This document shows, piece by piece, positions 20,101 through 28,680 of a stretch of 64,000 nt of DNA. Made by a program: the position numbers and the translations under genes. Each line of letters opens with the position of its first letter. Positions within the stretch are counted from its first letter, which is position 1. Below the pieces are notes generated by a model. That model was not told where the DNA came from and ran no database searches. It was given only the letters and a program-made list of their open reading frames with translations. The DNA is from Polyangiales bacterium (GTDB taxonomy: Bacteria > Myxococcota_A > Polyangia > Polyangiales > Polyangiaceae), in NCBI GenBank assembly GCA_038231275.1, contig JBBRLQ010000002.1, positions 224,001 through 288,000 of the forward strand. The letters run 5' to 3'.

Positions 20101-20405
20101 TCCTCTAGTTTGTGCACGACGCGCGCGCAGAGCGCCTCGAGCGCAAGGCTACCCGCCGCGACGAGCCCGCGCTCCGCGAGTCCCTCGGCCGCGAGCAGCG
20201 CCGCGAGCCGACCGAGCCCCAACCGCGTCGCCCCGAACGACGCGCCTCCTCGCTGCGCCACTGGCCGCGCGAGGCTCTGGATCGCCTCCGCCGACGCGCC
20301 AAGGAGGAGCACCCTCTCCGACCGGCTCCGAAGCTCCAGCCACTCACGCGCGCGCGCGAGTCGCGCGTGCGCGGACGCCGAAACACAGAGCGCGCGGGTC
20401 CCCAT
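17121..20405 (-). CDS. addB: ATP-dependent helicase/nuclease subunit B (inactive helicase + PD-(D/E)XK nuclease with Fe-S staple)
   Basis: FSPTALQNFATCPYKF, GSLVH, RGSIDLVE, DYKTG, LQPVMY and CEYCDYKVVC (four Cys of the Fe-S staple); directly upstream of addA. Confidence 0.9.
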   Translation of the reverse strand: MGTRALCVSASAHARLARAREWLELRSRSERVLLLGASAEAIQSLARPVAQRGGASFGATRLGLGRLAALLAAEGLAERGLVAAGSLALEALCARVVHKLEEKGALGRFAVVADRPGLPRALARSILELRMAEVAPARLADADLARVQEAYEAELAAARLADRAEVLRLATLRAAGRGAPSGAAADAVLGVPTLLLDVAVGGALEASLIAALAARSGDVLATCPRGDERSRALLESALGVVGVEAPVPGSGALARLQEGLFRELASGGEGSAEVTILSAPGESRECVEIARRVLAEASRGVPFDRMAVLLRSVAPYRAHLVEALRRASIPVHFAQGTLVPDPSGRALLALLACAAEGLSARRFAEYLSLGEVPAADELGRPPAAKLAGERFVAPDEDALPSVVSRTRLEEAAGEEATAHEPIADDAPVVGGTLRAPRRWERLLVEAAVIGGRDRWEKRLSGLARERELDLRAIDDPDSPSRERIARELADLASLQTYALPLLDMLAALPREGTWRTWIDALGDLATRALRRPERVIAVLGELAPMAGVTSVDLREVRLALGKRLCDLLVFPGERRYGKLYVGGADGARGLSFDVVFVPGLSEKIFPQKVAEDPILRDADRLALDARLVVNEDRVLAERLALHLAVGAARTKVCLSYPRIDTEQSRPRTPSFYGLEVLRAAEGVLPGFDELARRAEKESLARLGWPAPASPLEAIDDAEHDLALLAQVFQRPEVETAGSARYLLGANVHLARALRFRFTRWEKKFYSADGLVAPQDIAKAALAKHQPGARSFSPTALQNFATCPYKFVLYALHKLGPREEPEALEELDPLQKGSLVHDILYELHVRLRAEGLLPVTPANRETARVHLDSVIAEVSEKHRFDLCPAIPRVWEDGIASIKADLVEWLRRAAEDPEWVPTHFELSFGLPDRRDAQDPASKKEDVHLDEGLRLRGSIDLVERHADGRIRATDYKTGKARTKPGVVIGGGEVLQPVMYSLVLEKLLPGTKVEGGRLYYLTSVGDFKETLVPLDEDAREGARAVAHTIGEALRTPFLPAAPVKGGCEYCDYKVVCGPYEEQRTRRKHPGPLQPLKLLRERR

Positions 20406-20464
20406 CGAGCCGGGGACTATTCCATGACGCGGCGGCCGGCGCTACGGGCGACGGCGGCGGCTCG

Positions 20465-22333
20465 TCATTGCCCGAGCGCGCCGCCCGGAGGCCCGCTGAT
20501 CGTGTCGAGACCGAACGCCTGCTGGAACGCGAGATAAAATCCCAAGGGCGAGACGCCGGCGTCGCGCGGCGGTAGCGGAAACCCAAGATCCCCGCGTAAA
20601 ACGAACCGATCGAGCTGCGGAAACAGGAACCGAAATCCCACGCCCACCGACTGCTTCGGCCGCATCGTGTCGAAGCCGTTGAACGCGTCGGCCGCGTCGT
20701 AGAACACCGCCGCCGCGAGCTGCGACCCGAGCACCTCGATGGGGCGCGTTCGGTACTCCGCGTTCGCCGCCGCCCAGTCCTTGCCGACGTAGAAATTGCT
20801 CGGGTAGCCGCGCAGGCGCGAGTTGCCGCCGAGGAACGTGAGGCGGTTCAGGTAGTTTCGGTACCGGTTCTGGCCGACGACGTCGACGATGAAGCGGCCG
20901 AACGAGAAGCGCGGCGACACCCACCGGCCGTGCGCGGCGAGCGACGCGTCGGACAGGTGCGTCCCGTCGGTTCCGCTCGAGAGCTCGGCCTCCGTCGTCG
21001 ACTCGACCCCGAGCCGCAAGAGCCCCGAGCTGATCGCCCACGTGTATTGCAAGCCGAGGTACCCGCCCACGAGGTTGCGCGACGATCCGAGCGCCGTGAA
21101 GACCGGATAGACGCGCGCGAGGACGTCGTGCCCGAGCCGGTAGTCCTCCTGAAGCGCCAGCGTCTCGACGTCCAGTGCCTCGAGGAACTTGCTCTCGTAG
21201 CTCCTCCACTGCACGAAGGGCCCGACGCGCGTATCGCTCACCGGTACGTTGCGCGTCACGAACTCCGTGGCCGCCCTCGGATCGAACCGCGAGAGATCCG
21301 GCGCGCGAAAATCGCGAATGTTGATCTCGCCCCCTGCCGTGAAGTCGTTCTTCTGCGCGTACCCGAACGAGCGCGTCGCTGCCGCCGACTCGGTGAGCCT
21401 TCGCGCGTGGTACTCGAACGGGATCCCGTCTTTGACGTCGGGCGTCGCCTTGGCGTCGTAGGCGCTGAGGTGCGCGTTCACGTACCGGCGCAGCATCTCG
21501 TCGCGCCACGACGTCGTGACCGCCCACGCCCACTCTTGCTTCAGCGAATACAGCGGCAAGCCTACGTTGGCCGAGCCCGCCGATCCCTCCGTCTGTCCCG
21601 ACAACCGATTGGTGATGACGTTCGCGTCGGCCGAGAACACGACGTGCGTGCCGCCGAGGCGACGGAGCGTGTAGCCGGCGCCGATTTGCGTCGAGTTCGG
21701 CTGCATGAAGAGGCGCGTGTAGACCGTCATGTGCCGGCCCGCGAGGTTCGACTCGGTCGGCTCGAGGAGGAGCGACTCGAGACCGCCGGAGCCGATCTGC
21801 ACGTCGGAGTTGAGGCGCAGGCTCCACACGTCCTTCGTGATGACGAGGAGCCGCACGCGATCGGGCGTGCTGCCTCGCACGGGCACGACGATGACGAGCG
21901 AGAGTTGGCTCAGCCCGCGGAGATTTCGCGCGCTCTGGTCGACGAGCGGCTGCTCGTAAGGCTTCCCCTCCTCGAGCAGCACCTCGCGCGAGATGACGTG
22001 CTTCTTCGACGTCGTGTGCAGCGTGTTCAGGATCTCGTTCGCGCTGAGCTTCGTCCCGTCTGCCCGATCGATCCCCCACCCTTGCAGCGGATCGCGCTCC
22101 TCGAGCACCTCTAGAGTGACGACGTGCGCCCCCTCGTAGATCTTGCCGTCCGGATTCGGATCGATCGACAGATGAAGGTCCGCGAGCGCGGCGTCGAGCG
22201 ACTCCTTCTCGTACGGCGAATACGGCGTCACCCGCACTGTGGAGGGCCCCGCCGGATCCGCCGCCGCGGCCGGTCCTGCCCACGCCATGAAAACGAAAAA
22301 GCAAGCGAACCGCGCGACTCTGGTCATGCGCAC
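20465..22333 (-). CDS. Omp85/BamA-TamA family outer-membrane beta-barrel protein
   Basis: Signal peptide, POTRA-like segment (VISREVLLEEG..Y...QSARNLR), ESNLAG, LGG..RLRGY, C-terminal FQQAF. Confidence 0.8.
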   Translation of the reverse strand: MRMTRVARFACFFVFMAWAGPAAAADPAGPSTVRVTPYSPYEKESLDAALADLHLSIDPNPDGKIYEGAHVVTLEVLEERDPLQGWGIDRADGTKLSANEILNTLHTTSKKHVISREVLLEEGKPYEQPLVDQSARNLRGLSQLSLVIVVPVRGSTPDRVRLLVITKDVWSLRLNSDVQIGSGGLESLLLEPTESNLAGRHMTVYTRLFMQPNSTQIGAGYTLRRLGGTHVVFSADANVITNRLSGQTEGSAGSANVGLPLYSLKQEWAWAVTTSWRDEMLRRYVNAHLSAYDAKATPDVKDGIPFEYHARRLTESAAATRSFGYAQKNDFTAGGEINIRDFRAPDLSRFDPRAATEFVTRNVPVSDTRVGPFVQWRSYESKFLEALDVETLALQEDYRLGHDVLARVYPVFTALGSSRNLVGGYLGLQYTWAISSGLLRLGVESTTEAELSSGTDGTHLSDASLAAHGRWVSPRFSFGRFIVDVVGQNRYRNYLNRLTFLGGNSRLRGYPSNFYVGKDWAAANAEYRTRPIEVLGSQLAAAVFYDAADAFNGFDTMRPKQSVGVGFRFLFPQLDRFVLRGDLGFPLPPRDAGVSPLGFYLAFQQAFGLDTISGPPGGALGQ

Positions 22334-22386
22334 CGCAGCATCCTACACGAGACAAGCGCCGCCACGGCACGGTACCCTGGCCCCCC

Positions 22387-23244
22387 ATGCAAGGAGCCGA
22401 CGCGGGGGTGCTGGCCAGCTTGACGCGCTCGATCCAGGAGCGCGTCGACCGCGTCGAGATCCCGTGGAACCGCTACGGCGTCGACCCGTACGGCGTCTCG
22501 AAGAAGCACCTCGTCATCGGGATGACGGCGCTCTCGCTCCTCTACAAGCACTACTTCTCTGTGAAGGTGCACGGCATCGAGAACGTGCCCCGTCGCGGCC
22601 GCGCGATGCTCGTCGGCAACCACTCGGGCGGCGTCGCGATCGACGGGGCGATGGTCCTCGCGTCGATGCTGCTCGAGATGGATCCGCCGCGCCTCGCGCA
22701 GGGGATGGTCGAGAAGTTCATCAACAAGATCCCGCTCGCGTCGCTCATGGCGAACCGCACCGGGCAGTTCACCGGCCTCCCCGAGCACGCGATCCGCCTC
22801 CTCGAGGACGACCGCCTCTTGATGGTCTTCCCCGAAGGCGCGCGCGGCACCGCCAAGCTCTACAAGGACCGCCATTCGCTCGTCGACTTCGGCACCGGCT
22901 TCATGCGCCTCGCGCTCAAGACACACAGTCCCATCGTTCCGTTCGCGTTCCTCGGCGGCGGCGACGCGGTGCCGACGATCGCCAACGCGTACACGCTGGG
23001 GAAGCTGTTCGGCGTGCCGTACATCCCCATCACGCCGTACCTCTTCGCGCTGCCGTTGCCCGTCGATCTCGAGATCATCTACGGCGAGCCGATTTACCTC
23101 TCGGGCACCGGATCGGAGGACGACGAGGTCGTCGCCGAGTACGTGTACGAGGTCAAATCGCAGATCGCCGAGATGATGGATCGCGGGAGAAAGAAGCGCG
23201 AAGGCCTGCTCCCGCCCGGGGCATCGTCCGGAGGAAAATCGTGA
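22387..23244 (+). CDS. Lysophospholipid/glycerol acyltransferase (PlsC-like)
   Basis: NHSG...D catalytic motif, VFPEG, GFMRLAL...PIVP. Confidence 0.9.
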   Translation: MQGADAGVLASLTRSIQERVDRVEIPWNRYGVDPYGVSKKHLVIGMTALSLLYKHYFSVKVHGIENVPRRGRAMLVGNHSGGVAIDGAMVLASMLLEMDPPRLAQGMVEKFINKIPLASLMANRTGQFTGLPEHAIRLLEDDRLLMVFPEGARGTAKLYKDRHSLVDFGTGFMRLALKTHSPIVPFAFLGGGDAVPTIANAYTLGKLFGVPYIPITPYLFALPLPVDLEIIYGEPIYLSGTGSEDDEVVAEYVYEVKSQIAEMMDRGRKKREGLLPPGASSGGKS

Positions 23245-24167
23245 GGGTCCTCATCCTCGGCATCGCGGGCGTCATCGGTCGCAAGCTGACCGCGCGCCTC
23301 ATGGGCGAAGGGCACGAGGTCATCGGCATCGACGCCAGGCCCTGGGGCGACGCGCCTCGCGGCGTCGAGCTGTACGAGATCGATTTCCGCAAGCGCGCCG
23401 CCGAGGACGTGTTCAGGAAGCGCAAGCCCGAGGCCGTCGTCCACATGGCGACCGTCACGAGCCTGCAAATCCGCGGCGAAGAGCGCTACCGCATCAACCT
23501 CGGCGGCACACGCGCCGTCTTCGATCACGCGCGCACGTATGGCGTCGGCCACTGCATCTTCGTCGGGCGTCACACCTTCTACGGCGCCGGCCCCGACAGC
23601 CCGCTCTACCACCAGGAGGACGAGGCGCCGATGGCCCTCGCGTCGTTCCCGGAGCTGAGCGATCTCGTCGCCGCCGATCTCTTCGCGTCGACCGCGCTGT
23701 GGCGCGTCCCCGAGCTGTCCACCACGGTTCTGCGAATCTGTTACTCGCTCGGCGCGAGCGGCCACGGCACGCTCGCCACGTTCCTCCGCGGCCCGCGCGT
23801 GCCGACCGTGCTCGGCTTCGACCCGCTCTTCCAGTTCATGCACGAGGACGACATCGTCACGTCGATCGTGCTCTCGCTCGCCAAGCGCCCGCGCGGCGTC
23901 TTCAACGTCGCTGGCCCCGATCCGGTCCCGCTCTCGGTCATCATCCGCGAGACCGGCCGGAAGACGTTCCCGCTGCCCGAGTTCATCATCAACATGTCGC
24001 TCGGGCGAATGGGGCTCCCCCGCTTGCCACGCGGCGCCCTCGGTCACATAAAGTATCCGGTCGTAGTGGACGCCGCAGCGTTCCGGGAGGCCACCACCTT
24101 CCGCCACCAGTACGACGAGGTCGACACGATGCGCGCCTTCCGCGAAGCCTTTCCCCCGAGACTGTAG
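23241..24167 (+). CDS. NAD-dependent epimerase/dehydratase (extended SDR)
   Basis: GTG 23241 overlaps the upstream stop; GIAGVIG Rossmann motif, VVHMA, NLGGT, QFMHEDD, GVFNVAG. Confidence 0.88.
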   Translation: MRVLILGIAGVIGRKLTARLMGEGHEVIGIDARPWGDAPRGVELYEIDFRKRAAEDVFRKRKPEAVVHMATVTSLQIRGEERYRINLGGTRAVFDHARTYGVGHCIFVGRHTFYGAGPDSPLYHQEDEAPMALASFPELSDLVAADLFASTALWRVPELSTTVLRICYSLGASGHGTLATFLRGPRVPTVLGFDPLFQFMHEDDIVTSIVLSLAKRPRGVFNVAGPDPVPLSVIIRETGRKTFPLPEFIINMSLGRMGLPRLPRGALGHIKYPVVVDAAAFREATTFRHQYDEVDTMRAFREAFPPRL

Positions 24168-24179
24168 AGCGCCCCAGAA

Positions 24180-25652
24180 ATGCCCAAGACACGCCGCCCG
24201 CTCGCGGTGGCCGCCATTCTGCTCGCGATGTTCATGGCCGCGCTCGAGGCCACGGTCGTCGCGACCGCCATGCCCACGGTCGTAGGCGATCTCGGCGGCA
24301 TCGAGCTCTACGGTTGGGTCGGCTCGATCTACATGGCGGCGAGCACCGTCACGATCCCCATCTACGGCAAGCTCGCCGACCTCTACGGCCGCAAGCCGAC
24401 GATGTACCTCGGCATCGCGCTCTTTCTCGCCGGCTCGATGGCGAGCGGCCTCGCGACGTCGATGACGCAGCTCATCGCGTTTCGTGCGCTCCAGGGCGTC
24501 GGCGCCGGTGGCGTGCAGCCTCTCGCGATCACGATCGTCGGCGATCTGTTCACCGTCGAAGAGCGCGGCCGAATCCAGGGAATCTTCGGCGCGGTGTGGG
24601 GCGTCGCGGGGATGGCCGGGCCTCTCGTCGGCGGCCTCATCGTCGGCGCGCTGTCGTGGCGGTGGGTCTTCTACATCAACGTCCCCTTCGGTCTCCTCTC
24701 GGCCGGGCTCCTCGCCGCGTTCTTCCACGAGGACATCGCCAAGAAGAAGCGCGCGATCGATTTCGCGGGGGCGGGCCTCTTGTCGACGGCGATCCTCGGG
24801 CTACTCCTCGGCGTGACCGGCGTGCAGCCGCTCGTCACGCTGCCCGTGACGGCAGTCGCCGTCGCCCTCTTCGTGTGGGTCGAGGGGCGCGCGAAAGAGC
24901 CTATTTTGCCGCTCGCAATCCTCGGTCGACGCGTCATCGCCACCGCCAACATCGCCGGCGGGCTCCTCGGCGCGCTGATGATGGCGACGGTCATCTACGT
25001 GCCGCTCTTCGTCCAGGCGGTCCTCGAAGGCACGCCGACCGTGGCCGGCAGCGCCGTCGCCCCGATGCTCGTGGGATGGCCGATCGCCAGCGCGATCAGC
25101 GGGCGGCTCCTCAGGCGCGTCGGCATGCGTAACCTCGTCCGCATCGGCGCCCTCGTCGCGTGCGTGGCCGCGTGGATCATGGTCCTCGCGCTACGGCCGT
25201 TCGCGCCGCTCTTCGCGGTGCGCGGGGCGATGTTCGCGCTCGGCCTCGGAATGGGAACGGCGAACACGTCGCTCATCATCGCCGTGCAGCAGGCGGTGAG
25301 CTGGGAGCACCGCGGCGTCGCGACTGCGAGCACGATGTTCTTCCGGACGATCGGCGGCGCGCTCGCGGTCGGCGTCCTCGGCGGCGTCCTCGCGCACGCC
25401 CTCGGCCCCAACGTTCCGACGGCGCTGGTGAATCAGCTCCTCGGTCCGACGCACGGCCGCGGAATGGACACGGCCGCCCTCGCCCCGCTCGCCTCTTCGA
25501 TGGCGGCGGGGCTCATGACGGTCTTTCAGCTCATCGCATGGATCGGGACCGCGGGTCTGGCTGCGGCGCTCTTCTTCCCGGAGGTCGCGATCGCGCCCCC
25601 TACGCCTGCCGCGCCTGCGCCTGCGATCACCAGCCCGCGATCGTCTGCTTGA
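24180..25652 (+). CDS. MFS drug:H+ antiporter (DHA2, about 14 TM)
   Basis: LEATVVATAMP, GKLADLYGRK, RALQGVGAG, GPLVGG, WRWVFYINVP. Confidence 0.93.
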   Translation: MPKTRRPLAVAAILLAMFMAALEATVVATAMPTVVGDLGGIELYGWVGSIYMAASTVTIPIYGKLADLYGRKPTMYLGIALFLAGSMASGLATSMTQLIAFRALQGVGAGGVQPLAITIVGDLFTVEERGRIQGIFGAVWGVAGMAGPLVGGLIVGALSWRWVFYINVPFGLLSAGLLAAFFHEDIAKKKRAIDFAGAGLLSTAILGLLLGVTGVQPLVTLPVTAVAVALFVWVEGRAKEPILPLAILGRRVIATANIAGGLLGALMMATVIYVPLFVQAVLEGTPTVAGSAVAPMLVGWPIASAISGRLLRRVGMRNLVRIGALVACVAAWIMVLALRPFAPLFAVRGAMFALGLGMGTANTSLIIAVQQAVSWEHRGVATASTMFFRTIGGALAVGVLGGVLAHALGPNVPTALVNQLLGPTHGRGMDTAALAPLASSMAAGLMTVFQLIAWIGTAGLAAALFFPEVAIAPPTPAAPAPAITSPRSSA

Positions 25653-26379
25653 TCCAGGCCGCGCCCGCGTCGATGCGCGCGTAGTACTCGACCTGGTGCT
25701 GCGGGTAGTTCCCGTCGGTGTGGCATGACGTGGCGCCGGAGACGACGCCGCCGCAGAGGAGCGGGCCGCCCGAGTCGCCGTGATCGGCGATCGCGGTGCC
25801 GAACTTCACCTGGATGGACGTCGCGGCGGTCGCCTGGACGATCTCGGTGCCGTGGCGCTTGCGCTCGTAGGTGTCGACGCCGTTGGCCGTGTGCGTCCCG
25901 AAGCCGACGGCCTCGCACGACGCGCCGTTCGCCGGAGCGGCGGTGGCGATCGACGTGGGCTTGATGGTGGTGATCGGCGTCGTCAGGTGGATGAGGCCGA
26001 TGTCGAACGTCGAGTTCGGACAGCCGCCGCCCGAGCTGTACGACGGGTGCGCGATCATCTTGTCGACCGGGTGCTTGACCATCGACGTGACCGGCTCGGA
26101 GCCGAGGTTCGCCGTCGCTTTGCCGCTGCCCGTGAAGAAGCCCTCGATCGGATCCTGAACGCAGTGGCCGGCGGTCAAGACGACGCTCGGCGCGATGAGC
26201 GTGCCCGAGCAAAAGCCGCCGCCCTGGAACCAGACCAGGCCGACGCCCGGGTGCTTCGAGTCCGTCGTGCCGCCCTGGATGGCGTCGTCCGTGGCCGCGG
26301 GATCCTCGGAGGTCCCCTGCGAGCCGCTGCACCCCACCACCGCCCCCACCACGACGAACAGCAACGAACGAAGACCCAT
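25627..26379 (-). CDS. Trypsin-like (S1) serine protease lipoprotein
   Basis: Lipobox VVG-C; IQGG mature N-terminus; CSGTLI...LTAGHC (His), FDIGL (Asp), GDSGGP (Ser). Confidence 0.93.
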   Translation of the reverse strand: MGLRSLLFVVVGAVVGCSGSQGTSEDPAATDDAIQGGTTDSKHPGVGLVWFQGGGFCSGTLIAPSVVLTAGHCVQDPIEGFFTGSGKATANLGSEPVTSMVKHPVDKMIAHPSYSSGGGCPNSTFDIGLIHLTTPITTIKPTSIATAAPANGASCEAVGFGTHTANGVDTYERKRHGTEIVQATAATSIQVKFGTAIADHGDSGGPLLCGGVVSGATSCHTDGNYPQHQVEYYARIDAGAAWIKQTIAGW

Positions 26380-26572
26380 CTCTCGACCTCCCTAAACCAT
26401 GTACGTGCGCAAGTGCGACCGTCCGACTTACGGCGACCGCATCCGTACACCCTCACACCGCAGGGGCAAGGTTGACCTGCGGGATTTGCTGCACTTTTGG
26501 AGGAGGTGTGCGCAGCATGTGCGCGTGCAACTACCTCATCCCACGCAGGCCGCGAAGTCGCGTGAGGAGCGG

Positions 26573-27634
26573 CTACGGTTCGTGGCGGGCGAGGTCTCGC
26601 AGGGCGCTCACGATGCCCGCGCGCTGCGGAACCGAGTGGGCTTCAAGCACGTCGGCGAGGCCGATGCCGGGGACGTTCGCGCCCGCGAGCAGCTTCGGCG
26701 GCGCGTGGAGCTCGTAGAAAAGCTCCTCCACCGTTCGGCGGATCAGGTGCTCGCCGAAGTTCGTCACCTCCGTGTCCTCGTTCACGACGAGCAGGCGGTG
26801 CGTGCGCGCGACGCTCTCCTTGATGCGCGCCCAGTCGTACGGATAGAGCGAGCGCAGATCGAAGACCTCCGCCTCCACGCCTTCCGACGCGACGTCGTCC
26901 GCCGCCTTGACGCACTGCTGCACCATACGCCCGTAGGTGATGACCGTGACGTCGCGCCCTGCACGCGCGAGCCGCGCCTCGCCGATCGGGATGAAGAGGT
27001 CCGGCGTGTCGGGCCACTCGGGCGTCCACTTGGTGCGATCGCCGAGCGGCGCGTCGATCATCTTGTTGAGGAGACGCTCGTCCGTCGGGACGCCGGGGAT
27101 CTCTTCGCCGGGACCGCCCTTCGCGCGGAGCAGCGCCTTCGGCATGAGGAACATGACGGGGTTCGGATCGACGATCGCGCTGAGCAGCAAGCCGTACGCG
27201 TCGCGCGGGTTGGACGGCATCACGATCTTCCAGCCGGGGATGCGCGTCGCCTGGCCGTCGAACGAGTGCGAGTGGTAGATGCTGCCGTGGATGCCGCTGC
27301 CCACTGGCGTCATGAGCACCATCGGGCAGTTGAAGTTGCCGTTCGACGACCAGTAGAGGCCGCCCGCGAGCTTCAGGAGATCGATCGTGTTGAACGCGTA
27401 GTCGCAGAACTGGATCTCGGCGACCGGGCGCTGCCCTGCCATCGCGAGGCCCATCGCGGTGCCGACGATGCCGCGTTCGTCGAGCGGCGTATTCCACGCG
27501 GTCTTGAGGCCCTGCGTCTGTGTGAAGACGCCGCCAAGCGGGGGGCCCACATCCTCTCCGAAGATGTCGGTGACGCCGAGGCGCTCTTCGCCGACGTGCA
27601 GCGCCATGCGCACGGCCTGGACGAGGGTGGCCAT
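26573..27634 (-). CDS. 2-oxoacid dehydrogenase E1 beta subunit
   Basis: GEDVG...GGVF, TPLDERGIVG, PVAEIQF.DY, HSHS, PSNPRDAYGLL, DLRSL.PYD. Confidence 0.93.
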   Translation of the reverse strand: MATLVQAVRMALHVGEERLGVTDIFGEDVGPPLGGVFTQTQGLKTAWNTPLDERGIVGTAMGLAMAGQRPVAEIQFCDYAFNTIDLLKLAGGLYWSSNGNFNCPMVLMTPVGSGIHGSIYHSHSFDGQATRIPGWKIVMPSNPRDAYGLLLSAIVDPNPVMFLMPKALLRAKGGPGEEIPGVPTDERLLNKMIDAPLGDRTKWTPEWPDTPDLFIPIGEARLARAGRDVTVITYGRMVQQCVKAADDVASEGVEAEVFDLRSLYPYDWARIKESVARTHRLLVVNEDTEVTNFGEHLIRRTVEELFYELHAPPKLLAGANVPGIGLADVLEAHSVPQRAGIVSALRDLARHEP

Positions 27635-28680
27635 CAGCGCTCCCCCTTCTTCTTGGCGGCGGGCTTCACCACATCGTGATCGGCGAAGACGAGCTCGTAG
27701 ACCGCCTTCGCGTCAGGTACCGGCTCTTCGCGCACGCGCTTCAGCGCGTCGAGGAGCTCCTGCGTGTACCGCTCGCGGAGCGCGTCCATGTGCGGGCGCG
27801 TGAGGATGCCGCGGCCTTCGAGCGTGGACTCGAACTTGGCGAGGCAGTCCGGCTCCTCCGTGATGAAGTTCGCGCCCGACGACGACGAGTGGCCGTAAAG
27901 CCTCGAGACCATCACCTCGAGGAGGTACGGCCTTCGCTCCGTGCGCACGTACTCCATCGCTTGCTTGATGGCGCGGTACGACATCTCGGGATCGTTCCCC
28001 TCGATCGTCGCCGTCTCGAAGCCGAACGCCTTGCCGCGATCGGCGATGCGCTTCTCCCCGTGCTGCTCGTTCGACGGCGTGGAGATACCGTACTGGTTAT
28101 TCGTCACGATCATCAGCACCGGCAACGGATTGGCCGGGCGACTGGACCAGACCAGGCAGCTCGCGAACTCCCCCTCGGCGGTGCCCGCGTCGCCGCCGGT
28201 GACGATCGTGATGCCGCGGCCGCCCGCGCGCTTGTTGGCGATCGCGGTGCCAGGAGCCATCGCGTACTGCACTTCGATCGGCGACGAGACCGGGACCACG
28301 TTCCAGCGGCGCACAGCGTAGTGGTTGCAGAAGTTACGGCCGCCCGAGTACGGGTCGGTCGCGACGCTCTTCATCTGACGAATCGTGTCGACCGGATCGG
28401 CGCCCATCGCGAGGAGCGTCGCGCTCTGGCGGTAGTGGAAATGGCAGTAGTCGAACTCAGGCCCTTCGCCTTTGTGGACGAGGAGGCCGAGCGGGACGTT
28501 GAACGCCTCTTCGCCCGGTCCGCCGATCCAGAAGTAGCCATCGCCTTGCTTCTGCATCTTGATTAGGCGCTCCTCGAGGAGGCGCGCCTTGAGCATGAGG
28601 TCGTGCATCTGCACGAGCAGATCGGGGGCGAGGCGCACGTGGTGTGCGCCGTTTTCTTTGAGCGGGAGGCCTGCGGTCAC
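27634..28680 (-). CDS. 2-oxoacid dehydrogenase E1 alpha subunit (ThDP-binding)
   Basis: ThDP motif GDAGTAEGE...NNQYGIS, GEEA, YRQ, EGND; active-site loop RLYGHSSSSG; coupled to E1-beta. Confidence 0.92.
   Translation of the reverse strand: MTAGLPLKENGAHHVRLAPDLLVQMHDLMLKARLLEERLIKMQKQGDGYFWIGGPGEEAFNVPLGLLVHKGEGPEFDYCHFHYRQSATLLAMGADPVDTIRQMKSVATDPYSGGRNFCNHYAVRRWNVVPVSSPIEVQYAMAPGTAIANKRAGGRGITIVTGGDAGTAEGEFASCLVWSSRPANPLPVLMIVTNNQYGISTPSNEQHGEKRIADRGKAFGFETATIEGNDPEMSYRAIKQAMEYVRTERRPYLLEVMVSRLYGHSSSSGANFITEEPDCLAKFESTLEGRGILTRPHMDALRERYTQELLDALKRVREEPVPDAKAVYELVFADHDVVKPAAKKKGER

Noticed and set aside
13666-20405. Helicase + PD-(D/E)XK nuclease pair as a novel defence system
   Set aside because: Motifs, Fe-S staple, sizes and gene order match housekeeping AddAB.
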